Shown: positions 38,940 to 61,809 of the stretch, piece by piece
How the letters are laid out: each line of letters begins with the position of its first letter
How positions within the stretch are numbered: the stretch's first letter is position 1
NCBI GenBank assembly: GCA_051294905.1
Contig: CM119382.1
Coordinates: 11,408,001 to 11,472,000, forward strand
Direction: 5' to 3'
DNA from: Botryllus schlosseri
Lineage: Eukaryota
Length of the DNA stretch: 64,000 nt
Program-made: the position numbers and the translations under genes
The notes under the pieces: generated by a model
What the model saw: the letters and a program-made list of their open reading frames with translations, nothing else
Databases searched by the model: none
Told to the model about the DNA's origin: nothing

Positions 38940-39531
38940 ATCATCATCATCATCGGTTTATTAGCAATTTTATCAGTTCAATACACCGCAAAAAATGCGA
39001 TACAATGAAAAGACAGGAAGATGTCGAAGCGACAAGGAGTAGTCTATGGAATCTGACACCCACCTTGGCCCAGGCGATGTAAAGAGGAGGCATGCACACT
39101 GAATGAAAGTAAAGAATATAGTATAGAAAAGGAAAGCGACAAGAAATAGGGCGGCATGTCATGGGAAGCGAGATCGATAGGTCAGTCGTGGTCCGGTAAT
39201 CTTGAGGATGGACTGTATTTATTTAGTAGTAATTGCTTGTAATTCGACTTGAATGTGGACATGCTCGTCGACTGTCGGAGTGTCGGATGGCCGGCGGGAT
39301 GCTGTTCCACACATCAGGTCCGGCATATTTGATAGAGCGATGATCTTTCCGGTCGATCATATGATATTTGGACGACGTGGACGCGCGTGTGTTGTACTTG
39401 TGCGCTTTTGATTCAGAGGTAAAGAAGTCATTGAAATATTCGGGGCAACGACCGCAGTGAAACTGATACATAAACTTGGCAAGTCTGAAATTTAACATGC
39501 TCCTCGTGTCCCAGATTCCTACATTTGCCAC
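38940..39531 (-). mobile_element. 5'-truncated CR1/L2-like LINE with an (ATG/GAT)n tail
   Basis: ORF2-end peptide LAKFMYQF...HKYNTRAS...SIKYAGPDVWNSIPPAIR (39531-39223), followed by a 3'UTR and a microsatellite tail. Confidence 0.8.
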
Positions 39532-40615
39532 AGTTTCACTATCAACGTAATGAGTTTCTAATCTTCTTAGTTTGCTCCGAAATGTTGCTTTAAGATTTGT
39601 CTCCCAAAATTATATTGAAAATCACCATGACAGACCAGGCTACTATAATGATCAGTTTTACCTTTAATGTATAGGCTACTGATATCCCTATTACTGCATG
39701 GTTCCATTAGGGACCAAACCGAACCAACCCAGGACTACACACTCTCACTAGTGTTCTTTGTTAAGTTATAGAATGCAGGCATTGTTACACTTTATGTTAT
39801 GTTATGTAGTGATGTCAGGCTCAGGGATGTCGACGCAAATCGCAAACAATCGTTTAATTCATAAACATCTTCATAATTTTCATATACATCCCAAACAGTA
39901 ACAATACAGAAGAAAATGTTTATCTGGTAACATTGAAAGTGTCATTGGAAACCATTGAAAATGTCGTCTCAATTTGGTCGGAAATAACGTCTTGACTATT
40001 TCGGTTCAAGATCTTGAGCATTTACGTTCCTTTCTTCAATCAACTTGCTGACGTACATACATTATAGGCTAATATCAATGATTGACCACATTTTCATGGT
40101 GCACAATTAACAAGGTATCAGCGTTGAGTGGTTGACTGCTTCGTTATTATGATATGGGATTCACAAATTATAAGTAGATTGGATTGAGTCATGAGTCAAA
40201 TAAACTTTAAAGCAATATTGCGAATATATGCCATTCATTTAAATGTAGGAGATATCTTACCATACCGCATTCTAATAATGTATTTAGAATAAAATATGCA
40301 TTATAAAGCTTTGAGCCGGCACTTCTCACTCACAGGCAATTGTAAATCGGCAATTTAAATCAAGGTAAATCAAAGTAAGAATGTGTCAGCTCAGATCATT
40401 GTGTTTTATTCTAATATTATTTCTGTGCATACAAAATGTGCTTTTTCGCGTAAGTTATGATGTCTTTGTGAGTGTATTATAGAATCAATCTGTTTGTTGA
40501 TTGATATCACTTTTGTTGAACAGATAACGTGGTGAAATTAAATAAAAATCTATCGTTGTCGGTTAATGGACGGGCACCTTTGCCCGTAAAAGGGTAATTT
40601 GATTGCTTGTAAAAG

Positions 40616-43039
40616 ATGTCACATAATTCCGCTAAACGGACAAAGCCCATCCCTGGTGGGCAGAATGAGCAGGAATACCGCGCAGTCATGCGTAAAATAG
40701 CAACTGGACTTACTAAGGAAAATCTGGATACCCTGTTGTTCCTGTGCAAGGATCACATTCCCCGCGGACGTGAAATCAGCTCTTGCCTGGATCTGGTGAA
40801 GTTTCTCGAGGACAGAGACTTGATCTCGCATTATAGCGCTGTATTCATAGCGGAGGCGCTTCATATAATAAGAAGAATGGATTTACTCAAGGTCATCCCG
40901 TGTATCCGCAATAAAAAGCACTTTGAAGACGAGTTTTTGGCTTTTACGTATTCATCATTTAGCCCATACCGAGTGCTAACCGTCCAGCTTCAAGACGAGC
41001 TGTCGCAAAGGGATTTCGAGTCGTTCCGGCACGAGTGCTCGCAGCATTTGAATATACGCAGTGTAGACTCGTCGAAAAACGTTCTGGCTCTGTTGTGGAA
41101 GCTGGAAGAGGAAGACGTAATTAGCGGCGACGAATTCGATAACCTGCTGTCGATATTGCAGAACATTGACAACGTAAAACCCCTGAAAATGTTTCAAAGA
41201 TTACTCAATGGGGACGAAGGTGTTGTGCTGCCAGCCGGCAAACAGCAGCAACTGCAAAATAGCGAGCAGGACATGTTTCCCGATCGGCACTCTTCTCCAC
41301 CTATGTCTGAACCACCTTCTTACGACCACACTATCGGTCGCGAGACTATCGGTCGCGTGGAAGCAATGCCATTCATGCAACGCCCACCGTTAGAGCCACG
41401 CGCCTCTCTGTCTCCGGGATATGAATATGAGGGAACCGTCAACACAAAGCAGAAATATTACCAATCTCCCGAACCAGCGATGTACAATTTCGATAATCCT
41501 GACGGTGGAATCAAGGTGTCTGAGGCCCGATGGTTTGCTAATGACGAAGTTACTCCAAAAGCAGTGGGGACTGCTATGACATACCCCGAAATCCGCAGGA
41601 CAGATTCACCCGCCTCTATGCCTCCAAACTACTCTCACAATTACTACCCTAATCCTCATCACAGTCAGTCTTACGACGGCTTGTCATCTCTATCCTGGCA
41701 ACAGCCAGGTCCCTATCCCCCTCAACGTCACGAGTCACAATCTCTTCACGTTTCTGCGACCTATCCTGAAATTCCTCGAATGCCTGTTCATCACCAGGAT
41801 TATCACGGCAAGTCATTTTTTCCACCGCAGCCCTACGAGGATCCAGTGTATCATCACACTAACCCGCAGTCCTATCCTGTACATCGGCAATATCAAGTCC
41901 AGAATCACTACCATCGACCTGATGTGAAAACGGTTTCAGCGGAACTTGAAGGTCTTAGCATGTCGTCGACTGAATCTAAAGCAAAGGAAGACGCGCTGGA
42001 CGAGAAGGTTTCACACGATTCATCTGCGATTCCACAAACGGCCGTTAATCAGGAACAAGAATCTCAGCTTGAGTCTCAGAGGCGCGAAGAGCTGAAAGCG
42101 CAAATACTCGAAGAGCAGAGAAACAAGGGATCGTACAAGATGGACAGCTCGCCGGTGGGGCTGTGCGTATTGATAAATAACGTGAAGTTTATAGAGAATC
42201 GCAAGACAGCGGAATACGAACGCCGCGAGAAATTGAACTCGGAAAATGTGGGAACCGAGGTTAAGAAGGTGTTGCCAAACATCCATCTTGACGACAGAGA
42301 AGGCAGCGACTGCGATGCCGACAAACTGGAAATGCTTTTTGAACGGCTAGATTTCACTGTTGAAAGACACAACGATCTCGACCAAAGGTCGATGATGAAA
42401 GTCTTGAAGGAGGCCAGCGAAATTGATCATACTAAATACGACTGTTTTCTGTTGATCATTCTGTCTCATGGCGACAACGGATGCGTTTTTGGTGTGGACG
42501 GCTTCAAAGTTAAGTTATGCGACCTGCAGAAGATGTTCTGGGCGGAAAAATGCGTGACTCTCGCCGATAAACCCAAAATCTTCATCATCCAGGCCTGTCA
42601 AGGCGCGAAGTCAATGCCGGCTTATGCACCTGAAGCCGATCTCATCACTCACGATGGTCCTGTGATCGATGACATCACAGATAAAGGTACTCCCAACAAG
42701 TCCGACTTTCTAATGGCTCACTCCACTGTTCCTGGATACATTTCGTACAGATCGATCCGCGAAGGTTCGTACTATGTCCAGGAAATTGTCAAAATCTTTA
42801 AATCGTGCCATCAAACGGAGGACCTGTTGAGCATGATGGTGATGGTTAGCGATGCAGTCGGGAAGTATCAGCGAAAACAGGTGCCGATGCCGATACCGAC
42901 TTTGCGGAAGAAGGTGTACTTTCATCTGAAGGCAGGCTGCACGTTGGACGATTTGGACGACTCGAGCGTGACGGAGTATCCGTCGATGGAGGTTCCGTCG
43001 CGGACGCGCGTGACGCAGGAGTCTGGGGATATGGAGTAG
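40616..43039 (+). CDS. CASP8: Intronless caspase-8/10-like initiator caspase (DED-DED, long linker, caspase domain), 807 aa
   Basis: A single uninterrupted ORF. It has two N-terminal death-effector-like domains (LLFLCKDHI...RRMDLL; YRVL...LLWKLEE), catalytic SHGD and the pentapeptide QACQG (the caspase-8/10 form), and p10 motifs DFLMAHSTVPGYISYR, GSYYVQ and TLRKKVYF. The symbol marks family membership; orthology is not established. Confidence 0.9.
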   Translation: MSHNSAKRTKPIPGGQNEQEYRAVMRKIATGLTKENLDTLLFLCKDHIPRGREISSCLDLVKFLEDRDLISHYSAVFIAEALHIIRRMDLLKVIPCIRNKKHFEDEFLAFTYSSFSPYRVLTVQLQDELSQRDFESFRHECSQHLNIRSVDSSKNVLALLWKLEEEDVISGDEFDNLLSILQNIDNVKPLKMFQRLLNGDEGVVLPAGKQQQLQNSEQDMFPDRHSSPPMSEPPSYDHTIGRETIGRVEAMPFMQRPPLEPRASLSPGYEYEGTVNTKQKYYQSPEPAMYNFDNPDGGIKVSEARWFANDEVTPKAVGTAMTYPEIRRTDSPASMPPNYSHNYYPNPHHSQSYDGLSSLSWQQPGPYPPQRHESQSLHVSATYPEIPRMPVHHQDYHGKSFFPPQPYEDPVYHHTNPQSYPVHRQYQVQNHYHRPDVKTVSAELEGLSMSSTESKAKEDALDEKVSHDSSAIPQTAVNQEQESQLESQRREELKAQILEEQRNKGSYKMDSSPVGLCVLINNVKFIENRKTAEYERREKLNSENVGTEVKKVLPNIHLDDREGSDCDADKLEMLFERLDFTVERHNDLDQRSMMKVLKEASEIDHTKYDCFLLIILSHGDNGCVFGVDGFKVKLCDLQKMFWAEKCVTLADKPKIFIIQACQGAKSMPAYAPEADLITHDGPVIDDITDKGTPNKSDFLMAHSTVPGYISYRSIREGSYYVQEIVKIFKSCHQTEDLLSMMVMVSDAVGKYQRKQVPMPIPTLRKKVYFHLKAGCTLDDLDDSSVTEYPSMEVPSRTRVTQESGDME

Positions 43040-43041
43040 AC

Positions 43042-43260
43042 CAGTGGTTCCCTACCTAACTTTTTTTCATGGTCACGGCCCAATATTGGATTTGAAAATG
43101 TTAGGGAAGCTGATTACTAAAAAAATGGTCAGCACCTCCGGCCAGACCTATTTGGAAAGCTGATTACTGAATAAAGGTCAGCACCTTCACGCCCCCCCTC
43201 CAAAAAAAAAGAATGACCCCCAAGTTTAAAGCCACTGGAGTAAAGAAATGCAAGCTTGCC
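43042..43260. mobile_element. Probable hAT MITE remnant immediately after the caspase stop codon
   Basis: CAGTGGTTCCC terminus 3 nt after TAG and an internal duplicated GAAGCTGATTACT...GGTCAGCACC; right end not found. Confidence 0.4.
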
Positions 43261-45271
43261 CGGAAACGGGCATTCTCGGGGTTGCGGTTGTGCCTGAATG
43301 AAATCTGCAAAATATTCTATTATTGACAAATTTTACATTGTAAACTTGCCGCGATTAGCCCTGTTGCGGTGCGGTATCATCGTTGTGTTGCCCTGAATAT
43401 TAAATACGCTGTGTTCACATGGTGGCCAGGCCTATTTGTGATTTTCGAAGCCATTTGCATTTCGTAACATGGCCCCACGTATGACGATGGACTAATGGAA
43501 AGTGCATTTCTTCCAACTCCACTATTTATTGCTTGAATAGGACTTAATCTCAGAATATTTCGCATTACGCTTCCTACGCCGACGCTATGAAGTACTAATT
43601 TCAAGATGAGGATGTTTGCCGTTTTAATACGTGTGTGTTGAAATTTGGTCGTTAACTATAGATTAATTTAAGGTTACCCGTTTCGGCGGTTATGTTTGAT
43701 CTAAAAGCAGATATTGTGTCTATGTCAATTTACCACTTCTATCATGTCTGTACTCTGTAGTAGCTTGCTTGCTGCTATCCATCCATCGAAGTTTCATCAT
43801 AGAATAGAGCGGTTTTATGGATTAAATCTCTAAATTATTACCAGTTTGTTCTTATTTGTATATAATCTACTAATTAATGCTCAAATAATTTTGTGTTGGA
43901 CAGTCGCTGTGTGATTACATCGGTTTATTCCAAGAGAATTTTGGTATGTTGGTTTGTTTCGAAAGGAGACAGAGAGATAGGCTTTTCCAATCAGAACCAT
44001 CCGATTAGATATACACAGAGATAGAGGATCAGAAATTGCTATAGTATATGACCTTAACAGGGTGACGGAAATCGCGTAAGCTTTTATTAGCACTCGGCCT
44101 TCGCATTGTGCGTTTCTCCTTTCATCGTCCTGGGGGTGTAATGTGGGATGGGAAGGTACTTAGTAAATGTCATCAGTAACTTGTGGCTCCCGCATCGGCA
44201 CCGTCGAGATCTGATCAGAGACACGTTTTTTGTCTGAGATCAGTTGAGAAAATTGTAGTAATATTTTACCTGTCGACATACGAGTTTTTACTGCCATCCA
44301 CGATCGTACACGGACATTATGGTGGGTTGATAGTTTTGATGTAACGCCCGAGTAGTCTGCGTAGTCTCACAACACAATGTTACGTCACCAGATCAGCAGC
44401 TGATCGAGCTGCTGCTATTATTTTAATGCAAAAGGGGCGCAATCATATTACCTTTACAAGTAAAGTCAGTGCAAAGCTAGGGACTAATGTGAGCAGTCAC
44501 AGTCGAAATTGTAACAAGTTGAACTGTCTGTTTCTCGTGACTCGCATACAAGGGCATTGAACATGGTGGTTTTCTGCAGAAGTCCGATAGAGCATTTATA
44601 TAATTGCCGATTTAAGATGGTCAGTCGAGTGAAGGATTTCTAAACAACGTAGCATAAGCTAATCAAAGGATACCAGAATTCGACTGCCGATTTACTGACT
44701 CTTATAATACATGACTCGTTACTATATCCTTTTGAATTGTGAAATCAAAAATCAGGATGTTCCTATTCCTTAATATGATTGCTAGGTATATTCAGTATAG
44801 TTGTTGGTAAATATCACAGCACCACGTAGAGGGTAGACGTAGTAATAGTGTTTAATTCCTGAAAATCGAGTACGACATTACCGAAATATTGTGATTTTTA
44901 CCAGTTGAATTAGGTTGATTTCATTCTTATATTGTTGGCAATCAGCTATGCTGACAATTATATCTGTGACATTGGGCGAAAGTTTGGTAATTATAATAGG
45001 AACTGGGTAGTCCCTTGGGTAGTCTGCAATACATTAGTGTGGTTGAATCTTGTCTAAGTCCCTGTAGCGGTGCAGTAAGATTCGTAATGACATATATATG
45101 GCACGAATACAGTTCCCATTGTGATTGGTTGATTAATGCAACTGTCTTCAGTGCAATGTTTTCAACCTTCATTCAACTGTTTCAATGATAATTATGCTTG
45201 CACTGTGACCATGGGAATTTCTTTCTTGATTGTAAATTAGACGATCCTGCCACCACAACTGATTTCAAAAC

Positions 45272-45898
45272 ATGTCTGAGCCATGGGATGATTCTTCGGT
45301 AGAGAAAATTACAAAAGAGGATGCCTTGTCAAGATATTCCAAGCATCGTCAAGCAGCCCATGCCATGTATTACAGTAAATGTGACACAAAGCAGCTATTC
45401 GATCGTATCCCAATGAGATACAACATTCTTATGGTTATGCGCTTTGATGGTAACCTTGGCTTTCCGGGTGGCTTTGTGGACTTGAGAGATCAAAGCGAAA
45501 CCATTGAAAGTGGACTAAACCGTGAGTTAACCGAAGAAATAAACTTGAATCAGGAATATATGATCACAGAAGATAATTATCGAGGAACTTATGTTCACAC
45601 AATGCCTACCAGGAAGTTTATAAATCACTTCTACCTGAAAGAAGTCACCGAAATGGAATATTCCGCCATTGAAAGGCGTGTTTTTGATTCAATCGAGTGG
45701 GGAAAGGAAACCTTAGGCATTGTGAATGTGCCTGTCCAGAAAGGTGTCGGTATCTCAAGGATTTATCTGCCAATCGTGGATTTTTTGCAAAATAAATTTA
45801 TCGGCAATGCCAGGCAGCAGCTTATTGAAGGCTTGCTGGAAACTGGAATTTTTAATCATGATGAGATGCTAGCGTTTTGGAAGGAAATTCAGCAGTAA
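45272..45898 (+). CDS. NUDT16: U8 snoRNA-decapping Nudix hydrolase NUDT16-like, single exon, 208 aa
   Basis: [29 protein letters not shown]...GLNRELTEE (Nudix box), HFYLK and [14 protein letters not shown] closely match NUDT16 as I recall it ([29 protein letters not shown]...GLNRELREE; FIGSAREQL). Confidence 0.92.
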   Translation: [208 protein letters not shown]

Positions 45899-45916
45899 TA
45901 CGTAATCCCAAGGATA

Positions 45917-46620
45917 CCGTGATTTTTCATGCATAATGCCCACAATTTTACCGATTTTTTGTCCTAAAATTGGGAGTTCGCATTATGCATATGGGTACAA
46001 CAAGCCTTGAAAAAAAATCTCCCTCGGAATAAAACTTGAAACCACACCTTTCTTCATGTTTGTCTTCAATCGCGCATCACATTCAGTCATCGCATCCTGC
46101 TCAGTAATTCGTGTTATCAGTGTTATGCGCTACCAATTAGCAAGAAGCATGTTGCCAATAAGCGCGAGTAGTCTGCGCTGCACAACAGCACGCAATCTCC
46201 TGCTGAGTTGGTTTGATGTTTGTGCTCAAGCGGACAGGCCTGAATAATCGCATATACAACAGGCTGTGTGCGCGAGATATAATCTTTGCGGTTGTCAATG
46301 GCATCTCCAATAGGCCTGGTGCGCACGATATAATTGTTGGCCTGAGCAATTGCATCTGCAATAGGCTTTGGCTGGTATCTACAATCATGTAGAGACAATG
46401 CCGTTAAGTGTATAATGATTAGCGATTGTTTGGTCATGATTGTTGATTGATGATATCGAATACTAAAGCATAACCATCGCTGGTAACCTATCATACACAC
46501 AAGTTTGTCAACACGAGAAGCTTACACACAAGTTTGTCAACACGAGAAGCTTGTATAATCGGTTTTAAGCATGTACTATTCATTTACTGCGAATTCAGGG
46601 TGCGTATTATACATGGGTCC
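45917..46620. mobile_element. Probable pogo/Tigger-like (Tc1-mariner) MITE, right tip eroded
   Basis: Starts TA|CCGTGATTTTTCATGCATAATGCCCAC, with the subterminal inverted motif CGCATTATGCAT and GGTGCGTATTATACATG near 46600. It contains about three 51-bp units (46230-46390) and an exact 29-bp tandem duplication (46495-46552). Confidence 0.55.
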
Positions 46621-47816
46621 TATCCAACAAGATTCAGGAAACCAAGTTTTTTTGGACAGCACTAGTGAACGTACAACGTTGTCAGTTGTCACCCTTCAAT
46701 GGATTGTTGATAATTAATAATCATAGATTGTTAATATGCATTTAATGTGCTTTCCTCTAAATATATCTCGATGGTCACCAAATCTCTTCGCTGCAGCTTC
46801 ATCTCACGATTACCGTACTGTACTATGAGATTATGCATATATTCCTACTGTTTTTATATCTTAATTCTTCCGAATGTGTTATTTTTGTGTTCTGAGTTTC
46901 TTTGCAACAAGCCTCCTTTCGTGCTGTAGCTGACTTGTTGATCTCTTGATCCCTTCACTACAGCCTGGTTCTGCATTAAATTATAGGCTATTTAGCTTTG
47001 TATTTATAGATATGTGGTGGAACCGGATAAATTCTCTCTCTCGTGAACTGCATTTTGCATCCAATCAACCCTTTTGTGTCTTGTAAATTTATTTCTCATT
47101 AGAAGTATTTGCGATGATAAATCAATGGTCTCTCTGTCTCTATGGGAAGGATTTTATCTGAAATCTGGATTATTTATGTCTTTTTATCTCTTTCCCTTTC
47201 TTATTTGGCATTTGAGTGAAGACCAAACAATTTATTAAATTCACATGTGATGAGGTGACTGGCCAGTAGCGAAATTTTTATTTTTTCCCAGCTTGTTGTG
47301 TTTTCAGATCACTTCTACCAAACGTATTTCGAAGCAGAGCTAACTACCATCCAGACTCCTGATTTTGTATAGTAGAAAGTGGTAGAGTGGTTTGCATCAA
47401 TGTTATGAGTGAAATAACTGATTACAGTTTCGAAAAATGTGCCCATTTGCAATGTCGTTTGTCGATTTGTGTTAGTCACGAAGCTCCATCTTACAATCTC
47501 GAAATAAGCCTGGCTCTGATCTACTGCAAAAAGTATGCGGCACGTAGATCAAATTTTTGTGTTGAAAATAATGTCTTGACTATTCTTCAGACCGAAAATG
47601 GGTTTTAGCATCTTCTGGATATCGCTACATGTAATTGAGTAGAGTTTGAAGACATTAATGTTACTTCTACTTGAGTTGCAATACTGATTGAATTATGAAT
47701 CGAATTATTTGCTATGACCGCACCACTACTCTTCAGGTTTATCTTATTTATGTCAATATATGTAGTCCATTCACCCACGCAATCATTGGTATGCATAACG
47801 TTTGACTATTGACAAG

Positions 47817-59625
<11,809 letters not shown>

Positions 59626-60411
59626 GATGTGTCCTTTGGTGGGCGTAGCCGGAATGAGGAAGTTGGGCCTGCTGCCACGTTTTTTATGTCACTACCATTT
59701 CAAAATTTTGAGCTCCATGGCAACGCCCGGTGTGTTGGTTCCACGTGTAGCGGAATGGTGTTTAGGTGTAACGAAAATACCGGGCTCAAGAGTATCGAGT
59801 CATCGCTCGATCGCTTATTTTCCTGGATTTTCAAATGTTTTTTCTTCATAACAAATCTCTACCGGCGACAATATATGAAACATTGTATCTGATCTGCGGA
59901 AAAAAACATAACATATTACGTGCGTCGGTGGTGTTGTATCGGGTCTTTACTCTCAGATAGCATACGATATGTGGATCGCAACTAGTTTCGAAAATAACAA
60001 CACTTTGGTTTTTGAATCTGTCAGGTTTCGCACAGCTTTAACTCCAAATTACTGCAGTCAGTAAAAAAAGTGAGATTTCACGCAATACGCGAAATTGTGT
60101 AAATCAAGACGTTTGCTTCACCGTCTTGATGAACCAGAAAGAGCAGAACCAAAAAAAGAACGGTTAGCACAAGTGTTGTTGGGTCAATTTAGAAATACAT
60201 ACAGTAACTGAAATAGTAATGAAGTGGGCCGAAAGCACTTTCCATCAATTCCCTACATTGCCGCACTTTGCCAATGTGCCGTGATACTTGTCATGTCGTG
60301 TCACTTAAATCTTTTATCCTGGCTGCTTGTATGTATGCAAGTGGAATCGCATCATTATGTCAATGATGTTCAGTGCGAACCATGCCTTAGCATAGTTTTA
60401 TATAATTGGCC

Positions 60412-60946
60412 CAGGGTTGCAATGACACGAGTCATGATTCGACTCCAAATTTTCTGGTGACTCGAGTCATTGTGCACGACTCGAGACTAGGACAACAGAC
60501 ATGTTTCATTGTAACTTCGAAGAACAGTAAATTTACCACATTATTGGTATTCGTCTATCATTCCTGATAGGCCTACTTGTAAAATAGGGCCAGAAACTCT
60601 TTTTTCTGGGCTTTTTTGTCGCCGTAGGAACAGCGACGCCGGGGAAGAGGAGCCCGGAATAACCTCGGACAAGGAATCGAACCTGGGCGGTAGGCGTTTA
60701 TCGTCATCACTATGCTAACTCCCCCGCAGTCGGAATAGGGTCAGAAACTATGGTGCTTGGAGAATAGGGTCAGAAACTTAAGACTGAGGAAAATTACTAT
60801 ATTATGAATGCGAACCATTCTATATCACTCGAGCAGAGTTGAAAAAAGTGGGTCGAACTGAAAACTGGCTTGGACTCTAACTTGACTCGACTCAAAACTA
60901 TCAAAGTGAGATTGACTCGGGACCATCTTACTTTGTTACAACCCTG
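60412..60946. mobile_element. GACTCGAGTC-family hAT MITE, inverted relative to 990-1482, carrying a SINE
   Basis: TIR CAGGGTTG...CAACCCTG and 6/8 TSD AATTGGCC/AATTAGAC. Confidence 0.8.
60599..60733 (-). mobile_element. Short tRNA-derived SINE inserted in the MITE
   Basis: The minus strand has A-box TAGCATAGTGA, B-box GGTTCGATTCC and an A-rich tail. It is flanked by a 16-bp TSD AATAGGG(C/T)CAGAAACT (60583-60598 and 60734-60749), which is single-copy in the 990 element. Confidence 0.75.
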
Positions 60947-61054
60947 AATTAGACCATATCAGAAAAGAGACTCCAAGATACTTACAAGCAGAGACCGTCA
61001 TTCACAATTCGCTGGATATCACTCTGGCTGAAGAAACCGCTACATGTGGATTAC

Positions 61055-61809
61055 TAGGGCGACCTAAAAAACGGAAGATTTTGACCCTAAAAATCTAAAT
61101 TTTGACGTAACGTATGCAAATTAGGTGATTTCCCACATAATGTTAGAATTGTACTACTTATCTTCATTTCTGGTTGGAACTGTCTGCCCTTATGAAGTGG
61201 TTTGGCCTGAAAAAACACTTTTCTGCCTCAAAAACTGTCAAATTTTTACATGAAAAAACTTTATTTTAACGAAATCCAGTAGTTACAGTAAAGAATTCCA
61301 GTAGTTACATTACGCAGTATGGTAGAAATGTGAAGTACAACGAAAGATACTTTCCTACATTCTCGGGTAGAAAGTGTCTGCTTACTAAGTTGATTGCCAA
61401 GGATGGAGAAAGAACGTTCAACAGCAGCAGTTGTTGCCTGACAACACTGAAGTTGTGCGTACACGGCTGGTGACAAATCGTGTTGCTTGATTCTGGCAAT
61501 AGTGTCTACATCACAATTTTTCATCATGCGCTTCTTGATATCAGATCCATTTTTCATCATGCGCTTCTTGATATAAGATCCATGCAATGCCCACACTGTC
61601 TTGCTTCTGTTGGGATATTGCGGTACGTTGAGCATAACACCATGTCAACCTATTTGTTCAATTTGAATGTTTACGATTCACACTAGGCAGACAATGGGCC
61701 GTCTACAACAGTAGGCCTATAAATGCAAAAAAAGATTTAAAATGCCAAGTTTTTCAATGATACAATTTTGACCTGACTTTTTTGACATGTTAAAAAAAAA
61801 ATCGCGCTA
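61055..61809 (-). mobile_element. Internally deleted hAT element retaining a frameshifted transposase C-terminal dimerisation-domain remnant
   Basis: Termini TAGGGCGA...TCGCGCTA and 6/8 TSD TGGATTAC/GTGATTAC. The minus-strand peptides CCQATTAAVERSFSILG and, in another frame, RHFLPENVGKYLSLYF match the hATC motif (ERxFS). A 33-bp tandem duplication lies at about 61516-61580. Confidence 0.75.

Noticed and set aside
41210-42130. RHIM motif in the caspase linker
   Set aside because: No (I/V)Q(I/V/L)G core is present; YQVQN is not sufficient.
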